From the NCBI RefSeq assembly GCF_038025025.1, contig NW_027117338.1, positions 372,001 through 436,000 of the forward strand: 64,000 nt of DNA. The letters run 5' to 3'. The translations under genes and the position numbers were made by a program. The stretch is from Phyllosticta citribraziliensis (taxonomy: Eukaryota). Shown here one piece after another: positions 50,728-61,545 of the stretch. Below the pieces are notes generated by a model that was not told the DNA's origin, did no database searches, and saw only the letters and a list, made by a program, of their open reading frames with translations. Each line of letters opens with the position of its first letter. Position 1 is the first letter of the stretch.

Positions 50728-53700
50728 ATGGATCCCCCTGACCGCATGGAGCTTGATCACATCACTGACGGTGCTACTGATGCTGACACCGCTATGCCGG
50801 ATGCTTCTGCGCCGGATGGTGGTGATTTTGGCAACGCATGCGCGTTGGCTTCTTCTTCTTCTTCTACTGCTCATGTTGCTGGTGCTGCAACTCACTCCCT
50901 CCGAGAGAGGGATGTCCGGCACTTTATCAACGAGGTGAGCAAGCTTCCAGGGTGCAGGTTGACTGAGATTCTCGCTCGCCCCATCCGATTATGCAACACC
51001 ACGAGCAGTGGTGTCACGTACTCTCGCCCTCTCGTCTGGTCTCATCCTCAGAGACATACACAAACCTTCGCATCCACTAGCTGACTCTCCTCTCACGTAC
51101 GCAGGACTCCATGGAAGTAGACACGTCTACCACGCCGACCACCAGCAACAGCATCGGCAATGGCTGTGGCGATGCCATCAAGACCACCACCTTAGAAGAG
51201 ACTGACGCCGGCTACAAGATTGTCAAGCCGGACGACTCGGTGGTTGAGCACATGGTAAGTTCAACTCATCCTCTATGACAGACGATGACGCTCTTCTTGC
51301 ATGACGATGCGTGTCGAGACGATCCGACTGGCTGGCTCGAATGACTGACTGACTGACATCTGTGCGCAATGAAGGCCACATCTGACTCCGAAGGCCAGCT
51401 TGATCAATCGTCTATAGCAGCCATAATGCAGATGCAAGCCGAACAGAGGGCTTCACCCCCTTCGCCGAGCTTCGACGGAACGGTCATCGTGTACAGTCCT
51501 GAGAAGCTCTACGGTGACCTGGTGTATCGAGAGGCGATTCAATCGGATAGCGAGCAGGCCGCGGCAAAGGTTGAGGAAGGCATTCGAAACGTCCAGGTAC
51601 GTGTGGATGCAGATGAGGTGCCAAAGTTCGAAGTTGCTGACTTGACCTCTTCACCCCCAGATCACGTCGACGTCGCATGATACTCTCGCCGAGTCGGACA
51701 AGTCGGGCGACCTCAGAGGAATGTCGGCCGAAAATGCGCTCCTCACCCGGAACACTTCACATTCTGGTCCGCATCACATGGATGCAGGTGGTCCGGCAAG
51801 CGACCAGGAGGCTTCCAGGCGCGACCACCATGACACTGACCACTTTCGCCGCTCGGTAGACAACTTTTTCAAAGAAATTCCTGGCGACATCGCATACAAC
51901 ACCGAAGCAATGGATACTGCCGCACTGCCGCAGCCCTCTTCCTTGTTTGGAGAAGGCGGCATCAGCACCCGTGCTGCCATTGAAGGCTTCCAGGTGCACG
52001 ATCATGATCTGACTCTGGGTCCGGAAAAGCCCAATTTCCTCGTCGACCTTGCGAATCTCTATTCAAAGCCCGATGCCCAGGCTCCAGAGGGAGGTGAGTT
52101 TGCGCCCCACTTCTTTTGCTTTTGCAATTCTTCACCCGAGACTTTGATCTGACGCTTGTAACAGATGATGGAGACCACCCTATTTCACCCGGCCACGACG
52201 AAACTCCGGATGCAGAGGCCAACGAGGACGATGCGCAAGCTCTCGACTCGGACATGGAAATGGAAGACGACTATTTGTCCGAGGACAACGATGATCCTTC
52301 TGATGGCAACTACCAGGGCGACGGTGGAGAGCAAAACATGGACGCCGAGCCTTGCAACATCCAGTACGAAGAAGGTAGTCAAGAAGATGGCAGCGAAGAG
52401 GACGAAGCTGCCCACTCGTACGAGCTGCGGCTTGCAGCCCGTCAGGTCAGGCCCATCATGACCAACATCATCGACTGGGACGAGTCCGGTGACTACGATC
52501 CCTCCGAAAAGCGACCACCCAGGACTCCGGACAGGCGCTCCAAGCCCAAGAGACAAAGAGAGGATGGCGAGGAGAGCCCAACGAAGCGGCTGAGAAGCGC
52601 TCGCCAGCTCTCGCCGTCCAAGGCAAGGCAGCTGGGTGCCGACTGGGTTGTGACGCTCCAGCTGCAGTCCGCCGCAGGAAAGGAGCTGCTTTCGAGGTAC
52701 CCGGACAACTGGCCGGAAGAGCACGACTCCTTTTTCCACGACAGCCACGTCATCGCTCCTCCTGCAAACCATGATGACGATAGCCCGACGAAGCGATGCA
52801 TGAGACCCAGAAGGCGCCTGGTTCATTACGGCACGCCCTTTTGGGACGACCACAGTCTTCCAGTGATCACCGACCCTACCGGCGAACAAGACGACCTGCG
52901 CAACCACCCTGCTGCTCGAGGCTGCGTCCGCTGCCGTGAAGTCGGAGAAGTCTGTGATCTGCGCAAGCCTGGCGCCGTCTGGCCTTGTGTGCAGTGCTCG
53001 GAACACTACAAGGATGCTGGCGGACATATTCCGTGCGAGCTCGTCGCGCCTCCGGAAAGGAAGCAAGAGTGCGAGCCATGCCAGGACCAAGAGCTCGAAT
53101 GCTCGTACGCTGTCGAGGAAGGAGAGGAGGTTCAAGACGACCATGTTGCACCTTGCCGCCAGTGTGCTGCCTCGGGAGAGCGCTGCATTGCCGGCCCACA
53201 CAAGGACGCCATTCGCGTCCGCGCCACGTACTCGCCGCCGCCTGGTGTCCGCTACCACGCGTACAGGGCTTACATCTCCTGCACTGATTGTAGGAGACGA
53301 AAGAAATATTGCTCGTTGCGGAGCAAAGAAGATGAGCCACCCTGCGTTTCTTGCGAGGTCGCCGGCATTGATTGCACCTTTGAGAGGATTGTTCCGGTGC
53401 CCAAGACTGCCCCATCCCATGCTGAAATCGAGAGCATCGCCCCAGAGGTCAAGACTGCTCCGTCCAATGCTGCAGTCGAGAGCGTCGCCCCAAAGGCCAA
53501 GACTACTCCGTCCCATGTTACGGTTGAGAGCGTCGTCCCGGTGGCCAAGGTGGTGTCCAATGCTGAGGACGCGACTCAAGTTCCAGACAAGGCCGAGCCT
53601 CTCAAACGCGACCAAAAGCCATCGATGCCCTTCGTAGCCATGATGGTGGACATCAAGCAGCCAGAGCGAGGCCCCTCGCCAAAGAGCTGCAAAGCGCCGA

Positions 53701-54653
53701 CGCAAGCCGTCGCAGGTCCTTCCAGGGACCCGAATGGCAAAGGCAAGCAAAGGGCGACGGAAGTAGCAGCAACAGGGCCAGCGGCGTACTACGCCAAATT
53801 CATGACCAAGGAGCAGGTCATGAAGATGGAAGAGAGTGCCATGCGATTCAGCTGCGCGAAGAAGCCGCGCCAGACCGGAGCCGTCAAGATGATCAACCCG
53901 CACTCGACACTGCACGTCAAGAGGGTCGAGTACGTGCCCTCGAACGAGCCCATTTCCGCCTCTGCGGACGAGCCCAAGATGGAGATGGAGGACGTCCACG
54001 GCAACAAGGGCTGCGTGTCCAAGCTCCTCACGGCCTTTGCTCATCCGGTCCGGTTCAACCTCCAAGGATCAGGCTGCAAATGGTGCGACTCGGTGTCGTA
54101 CGGCCTCTACGGCATCGGCTGGAGGAAGCCCGAGGTCATCGCGTGGTCGAACCAGTGCGGGTACACGGAGCTCGAGGGCGGCCACCGCAGCGAAGGTGTC
54201 GAGGCGGCTTCCATGTGCGCAGACTGCGTGCGAGAGCGCTTCCAGATCACGGGCTGCGACGGCATTGCGGTCCACAAGAACGAGGAGTTCCACAGCGTGT
54301 GGCCGCTGAAGATGAGCAGCGCAGAGAGAGAGATTGCCATGACGGCCATGTTCGACCGCCTCTGCAACGGCAAGCCCGCGCCCAGCGACAAGTGGTGCAG
54401 CATCTGCGTCGCGCCGGCGTCCGTCGAATGTTGCCGCTCCCGGCCGGGCTGCTCGCTAAAGCTCTGCGATTCCTGCCACCAAGAGCTGATGCACTGTGGC
54501 GCGGGCGGACTCCAGCAGCTCTTGAGGCAGAGGATGTGGAGCGAGAAGGCCGTGACGGAGCTCAGGGCGGACGCTTGCTTCCTCGAAAGCGAAGGCGTCT
54601 TGTGCAAGTCGGTTTATGAGAACGCCAACAAGCAGAGGTCGAAAGCATCTTGA
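50728..54653 (+). CDS. Multi-Zn(II)2Cys6 cluster protein with C-terminal Cys-rich domain, ~1166 aa; exons 50728-50934, 51105-51254, 51375-51596, 51661-52093, 52165-54653
   Basis: Five exons join in frame (3501 nt) at canonical sites. Acidic disordered N-half, three CX2CX6C..CX2C..C units at 52923-53375, and multiple CxxC pairs after 54040. Confidence 0.8.
53385..53545 (+). repeat. Coding 48-bp (16-aa) tandem repeat x3 within the Zn-cluster gene
   Basis: KTAPSHAEIESIAPEV / KTAPSNAAVESVAPKA / KTTPSHVTVESVVPVA; nucleotide units begin caagact and contain gagagc.tc. Confidence 0.8.
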
Positions 54654-57254
54654 AGCGGTGGTTGAGGTCGAAAAACATTGAGGGAAAGTTTGGATGCGGT
54701 GAGGAAAGTTGTTTTGGTGTTTTTGCGTGCTGGACAACGTTTTCGACGTTGAAGGAAGTTGAGTCAAAACTGAGTTGAAGTCCGAAGTCCATTCGAGTTC
54801 CCTTCGAAGTCCAGTCGAGATTCATTCGAGGTCCAGTTGAGGTCGGGGTGGAAGAAGTTGAACGAGGTGGCAGTCGGCTGTCGAGGTTCAGTCAAAATCG
54901 ACAAAAAGAGGTCGCGAAAAAAAAAAGCAAGGTCGATGAACGGGGAAACGAGGGTTATTCTTTGAAGAAGCAGCTGTGGATGCAGCTGTCGGGTGGATGG
55001 TGGTTGGACGACATCTAGCGACAGTCCGACAAAAGTTGGCGAATTGGCTGGATTGAGTTGTTTGGTTGGAGCCGGAGGGGGTGCGAAGAAAGTTATTTTA
55101 CAAGTCCTCAAAAATACATGCCTTGCTCAATGAAGAGTTCTTACCATTCTGTCTTTCCTGTGCAGAAGTGGCCTAGCTTCGATTGATGAGAGGCTCAACC
55201 CAACTTAACTCGACGTTGCTGGATTGTTCGCCTGATCTGTTTTGCAGTGTAGGCCGTACATGACTTGGCTGCTGACGCAACATTCTTCGGCTGCAATCTT
55301 TCTCTTCTAGGCAGGCTCCTCTGCACGATGCCCTCCTCAACTTGGTCAAGACCCAAACGAAGTAGCGTTGGTGACATGACCTAACCACATAAGTCCTTGG
55401 GAGCTCTGCTTGCTCTCGGGCACGCCGGCAATCAGGTCCTCGCGCCGGGGTTTGAAACTCGCCATCGTGAGAAGAGTACGGTATGTAGAAAGGCGGTAGC
55501 TCGAATGCTCCCGCGACTGACCTCCCCATCACCGCGCACGAATGCTTCCAATCCATCCACTCACTTTCTACGCTCTGCTCTGCTCTGCTCTGCTCTATGC
55601 CATGCCATCCATTTGGCACCAAGCCAGCATCGACGCCTGACCAACCAACGGCATCTGTCCGCCTGCCTGCCTGCCTGCCTGCCTGCATCCCGCACCGCGC
55701 ACACAGACTCCGCGCGGACCGCTCGGACCGTTGGCGTTAGCGTTGGCGGGCGGGCGGGCGGGCGGTCGGTAGGGAACGCACCAAAGATAATTGACAAAAG
55801 ATGTTGGTTGGTTGGGTGGGTCAGGTGAGACGAGTCAGCGCGGCACCCGACTCGCACAGGCAGCATCGCGTGGCGGTAAGCATCAAAATAAATAATGGGT
55901 GGAGTCAAGTTTGGAATTATGATTTTCTTCTTCTTTTCTTGTTGGCTTGATGGTTTTTGGGTTGGGCGGGTGGGTGGGTAGGTGCAGGCCGGCACCGACG
56001 ACGATGACAAGGGGACAGGGGTCGCGGGATCTGGATGGATCTGCCCCCCTCCCTCCCCTCCCCTGTTGGGTTCCTTGTCGGATCGGTGGGGTGGGGTGGA
56101 TGGAGGGTTTGGTGCGGTGCTTGGGTCTTGGCTCTCGGCTGCAGAGAGATGGACGGCAGGCAGGCAGGCAAGCAGGCAGGCAGGCGGGCGGAGGGTGGTT
56201 GGGACGGTGGTGACTGAGTTTGAGAGACGAGACGTGTGAAACTGGGAAACTTCTGCGCCGTACGGCGTGTGGAGAGACGAGGGACGAGCTGTACGGTAAG
56301 GTAGGCAGGTGTGACATGCAGGTGACGGATGAGAGGGGGAGGCGGGGAGGGGCATCTGACAGCCAGGCCATGTTGGAGATGATGTGCTCGGGAGATGGAC
56401 GAGATGGACGATTCAAGGATGGATGGGCTTCATTTCATGGGTGTTTGCAAGCTGAGGTGCAGACAAGCGAGCATATCTTTCATGCAGCAAACGCCAGGCA
56501 GTGCAAACGCGAGGGGTGATCTGCTGCTGGGGGTGGGGTTAGGGTCGCAGGTCGCAGGTCGCAGTCGCGGCTTGACTGAGGTGGAAAATCTGGGGGCAGC
56601 CTTTTCGACATCAACAGGGAGAGGGCTCCGCTGCGTTTTAAGCATGTTTGAGAGCACGCAACCCGAGGGCGCGCGGCTAAATGCCCTCCCTCCTCGGAGC
56701 CCTCGCTGCAAAAAGCCACACCGGTGACGGCCATGAGTCTGCGTCACCGATTGCGGGTCGGGCGAGCTTGTTCTGTGGCCATGACTACACTGGCCGACTT
56801 CGTCCCGACATCATTGAGATCGTCTCTGGGTGAAAATTGTCGCTTCGGTTGACGTGTTGATGTCAAGCTGGAGCGGCAGGCGGGACGGAAGCCCCATGGC
56901 CAGGCTCCCACGTCGTAGGGATGCAGGGCTGGCATGAGAAACAACATGGTGCTGGACAGTAGCAGGCGAAGTGCCCTGTCCAGGCTAGCCTGTCTTTCCT
57001 TGCAGTGGGGAGCTCGGTCGGTTGGCCCATGTTGCTCGTCGTCGTGCCGGGCATGGCCTGGCCGTCGCTGTCTCCGTCGCTGTCGCCGTCGCCGTCGCCG
57101 ACTCCGGGGCCGTGATGGATGGATGCTTCCGTTGCGTCGCAGCCCGGCTCACGTCCGCATGCCACGCCATGGGAAAAGGGCTGCAAGTAGATCGTCAAAT
57201 AATGCTCCTCTCGCCCGTGGTGTTGAGCCTGCTTGCAACCTCAACTCCATCACC

Positions 57255-60200
57255 ATGATGCGAATAACGCTGACCGATAATCTTGCTACCTCGACCGGCC
57301 AGAAGCGGCGGCCTTCGACTGCCAATGCCAATGCCAAAACTGGCTCGGGCGTCGCCTCGCCTCCCACGCGCCACCACCAGCACCAGGGGCGCTCGTCGTC
57401 GTCGTCGTTCGACAGCGTCGCCACGACAAATACAAACACGCGCAAGCCCTCGACCTCGACCTCGTCGTCCTCCTCGTCACGCCGTCTGCATATGCCCTGG
57501 AGCGCAGGTGGCTTGTCCCGCAAGGACAGGGACAAGGCCCTCCACACGCCGCCCCAAGCCTTAGCCCAAACCCAAATCAACCAGCCCGACAGCGAAACCA
57601 CCTCCAACCCACCCAAGTCGTCGCACAAGCACGCCGCCTCTACCACAATCACCCCTTCGACCTCCGAATCGCCCTCCTCCTCCCATCCCATCACCACCCC
57701 CGCTCAGCCCCCTTCGAGACCGCGCCTCGGGGCCAGAACGCTGTCCGCCCCCCTCGCCCACTCCTCCCTCGACAGCCCGCCTGGCGTAAACGGCCATGAT
57801 TTTCAAGCCTACCTAGATTACTCCCGGTACCTTTCCGGCGACGACGAAACCCCCCAGGACGACATAGCCAAGGACCCTTTTTTCCAACGATATCACGAGT
57901 CACCCCATTATACCTCCAACGACAGACAGTCGCCAATGGACGGCCCCCACGCCAACGGGCCTCGCTCCCCTCCTTCCCAGGCGCGTACTCGACACCTCCC
58001 CCTCGCCGCACCTGCGCGCCCCCCTCCCCGCTGACTGACTGCTCTGCAGACCGCCGACCTCCAGGACATAAACATCGGCGTCATTGGCGACCATGGCGTG
58101 GGCAAGTCGCAGTTCATGGGCCGCGCATTCGGCATCGTCGGCCGCCCGTGTGAGCGCATCGAAACACGCAAGCTGTCCATTGACGGCGCCATCCACACCG
58201 TGCGCCTCGTCGAGATAGCCTTCAACGACTTGGACCTCGAGGACGACGACCGCATCAGCTGGCCCGACAAGGTCCAAGACGCCCCGATGCCCCGGATAGA
58301 CGGCGCCCTCATGCTGTACGACGTAATGAACCAGGAAAGCCTGGCGCAGGTGCCGGGAATGCTGAGTGCGTATTCGCCCTGTGCGACGATTGACAATGGC
58401 TGATTTTGGCTCGACAGACGTCGTGCACAAGACGGCGCTGCCCTGCGTGCTTGTCGGGTGCAAGTGCGACCACCACCCCGCGCATCGCCAGGTGGATCCG
58501 GCCGTGGTGGAGCAGCGGGCCAAGACATTGGTGGGAGAGCTTCCCGCGTTTCGAAGCTCAGATGGCTCCCCCGAGAGTCAGAGGCTCTGCCTTTCGGTCA
58601 TGCTGCGGGCCATTTTAGCATCACGACAGGGTGAGTGTGTTCCTTCTTTCAATGCTGCCGTTGCTTGTCTCTGCTGTGCCCCTATGAGACCCCCCCCTGT
58701 CGCGCGCATGGGTGGGTGCTCGGTCCGGCTAGCGCGTTTGCTGTTGCACAGCACCTGCTGCTGTTTCATGCGTGCGACGTGTTTCACGCTCGCCCAGATC
58801 AGATTCATTTTGTCCTGACTGCCTGCAGACTCGTCCAAAGCAAATGCTGCTCTCCGCCGCCGCGCCGCTTCCAATTCGTCCGCTCTTCGACCCATCTCCC
58901 CCCGCCCCGGCTGGAACAGAAAACATGAACGCGCCAGCTCAGAGTTTTCGGGTTCGCGTCTAAAGCTCCAGTCGGACAATGATGCAGAGGTTCAAGTCAA
59001 AACCGCCCCCCGTGCCTACAACGCATTTGCCGACCTCGAAGAACCTACCGCCTACGACTCGTTTGGTTCAGAAGCCAACGACTCCGACTACGAACCCAGC
59101 ATCGTCTCCGTCATGCCCTCCGACGAGAATGGATACACCTTTGACCAGCTCGTCGACCGTCTGGTCGCCCAGCCGCAATCCAAGCAAGACACCAAATTCA
59201 TCGCCATCTTCCTCGCCCTCTACCGCAAGTTCGCCGCCCCCAGCCAGCTCCTCGACGCCATCATCAAGCGCTTCGACGCACTCGAGCACGAAAAACACCC
59301 CAAGATGATCCGCACGACCTCGCAGCTTCGCCATCTTTCCATCATGGACCAATGGCTCAGCAATTATCCTGGAGACTTTGCACATCCCCTTACCAAGCGT
59401 AAGATGACGCAGTTTGTCAACCGCCTCTCGCACAATCGAATATTTGCCGTCGCATCGAAGGAGATTTTATCCGACCTGGAGGTTGCTCACGAGGATGACG
59501 ACACCGACTGGGCGTGCAACGACAAGAACCGGGAGCGTGCGGATCAGGGGAGGAGCCTGTCAGTCAACCATGTCATTGTGGCCGAAGAGTCCGAGGACGA
59601 CTCGCTCTCCAAGAGCACCACCGACTTGTCCATCAGCGTGACAGGGGATTCGCTCAGTCAAAAGGATGCAAGCTCGAGTCATTTCGAACGCTCCGGATCC
59701 GCAACCTCGACGAGTTCGGCGGGAACCATGCTCAACACGATCGATGCTGCACGGCGGCAGGCCAAGCTGCTCGTACCCATCCCTCGCGCACAGCTGACCA
59801 AGACGCAATGGCACCTGCTCATGGGCGAGCCCGAAGAGGGCATTGCCCGCGAATTGACGCGAATCGACTGGATCATGTTCTCCTCCATCCGGCCACGTGA
59901 TTTGGTGCGGCACGTCAGTCTCAACGCCGCAGAAAAGAAAAAGTGCAAGAACCTCGACAACGTGGACCGCATGATTGAACACTTCAATCACCTTGCGTAC
60001 TGGGTGACCAACTTTATCCTCCTTCGCGACAAGCCAAAGCACCGCGCCATGATGCTGGAAAAGTTCATGAAGGTCGCGCGCAAATTGCGCGAGCTCAACA
60101 ACTACAACTCTCTCGGCGCCGTTCTGGCTGGCTTGAATGGCACCGCAATCCACCGGCTGGCGGCGACGAGAGAGCTCATCCAGCCTCAAATTGCCAAGGA

Positions 60201-60807
60201 CTTTATGAAGCTGGAGATTTTGATGAGTACGCAAAAGAGCCACTTTGCGTACCGTCTTGCGTGGGAAAACTCGTCAGGGGAGAAGATTCCCTATCTCCCG
60301 CTTCACCGACGAGACTTGGTGTCTGCTGCAGAGGGCAACGCAACCTTTGTGGCAGACCCCAGCAGACGGCCCTCTGCCAACCCACAAGTCGCCATGGCCA
60401 AGGCGGCGAATGCAGAGGGCGGTGCCGCAAAGGCCGAGGCAGAGTCGGCTGCAAAGCTTCAGGCAGTGTTGAATCGGACAGGACAGCAAGAAAAGGAAGC
60501 GCCACCCGGAGGCATCGAAGGCAGGGAACGGATCAATTGGAAAAAGTTTGCCATCATGGGAGAAGTCATTGTCGGCATACAGCGAGCCCAGGGCGTTCCG
60601 TACCCAAACATTGCGCGGAACGACGACATTAAGAGCCTTGTCCTGGACCTGCGGATATGCAAGGACGACGACGTAAGATGCCCTCGACCGAGTTTTCGTG
60701 ACAGCCGCTGACATTGATGATAGGAGCTCTATGACAGGTCTACATGCCTCGAGGCGATTGGAGCTGCTGGTGAACAGCGCCGCAGATTTGCAAACTGGTT
60801 CCGGTAA
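57255..60807 (+). CDS. Ras guanine-nucleotide exchange factor (REM + CDC25) with N-terminal Ras-like G domain, ~1060 aa; exons 57255-57980, 58050-58365, 58418-58630, 58829-60672, 60724-60807
   Basis: P-loop IGVIGDHGVGKS and PCVLVGCKCD. REM: TFDQLVDRL..FLALYRKF..WLSNYPGDF. CDC25: IARELTRID, FNHLAYWV, LNNYNSLGAV, IPYLPLHRRDL, INWKKF, LYDRS. Exons sum to 3183 nt. Confidence 0.9.
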
Positions 60808-61424
60808 TCAAGACGACGCCTCGTTCGATTCACGGCTGGCATCGCGGTCCACACTGATTGGGTTTCCCTTGGAACACGCCACTTGGATAATGTGCCAGGA
60901 CGACTTGGGGTCAGGCTTTCCACATCTACATACCTATGAGGACTGTCCGAGCGAATCTCTGGTGGTTGCATCCGCCCGCCCCGCCTTTGGATTTTGGCGA
61001 CGGATGCTGGCCGTACTGCTGCACTCGGGGCGCTCTATCCATTGCGCACTCCACAGCAGGACATCATACGGCCATAAGGAGACAGACCACGGACGGGACT
61101 TGCGAGGCGAAACGGACGTCTCTCTCTCCATCATCTTTTCGAGACAAACAAACAAACGTGTATAGTATAGTATAGCGAAGACACGCGGACACGCGCGTCA
61201 GTCAGGGGTTTTTGTCGGCTTTTCAGAAGATACCATTTACGCAGCAGCGAGCGAGCGCGGGGAACAGAGGGAACGCGGAATCCAACAACCTTTCTACTAC
61301 AAACGCACTTTTCTCACCTTTCTCATACATTCTTCATTTGGTTTTTGCCATATATCTGTTTCTACCATTTCGACCTCATCTCCCTTTTTCGACTTCGATT
61401 CCCCGTTGTCTACAATTGCCTCGC

Positions 61425-61545
61425 GAGCTACCTACATACTCACATACCTACCTACCTACCTACCTCTCCATCTCCGGCTTTTTTTTTCTTTTCTTTTTTT
61501 TTTTTTTTTTTCGCCGCTTCGCTTCGCTTCGCTTCGCTTCGCTGT
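61425..61545. repeat. Microsatellite cluster: (CCTA)n, poly-T and (GCTTC)n downstream of the RasGEF gene
   Basis: Read directly; similar SSRs (CTCTG, CCTG, GGCG, GGCA) at 55570-56190 and poly-A at 63147-63167. Confidence 0.75.

Noticed and set aside
52185..54065. 626-aa antisense ORF opposite the Zn-cluster gene (likewise antisense ORFs over TOM1, the hydrolase and the RasGEF)
   Set aside because: Shadow ORFs expected from GC-rich third-position codon bias; no motifs of their own.
56934..57254. In-frame upstream extension of the RasGEF first exon
   Set aside because: Translation is repeat-derived Arg/Cys low complexity; ATG 57255 has a better context (caccATG).
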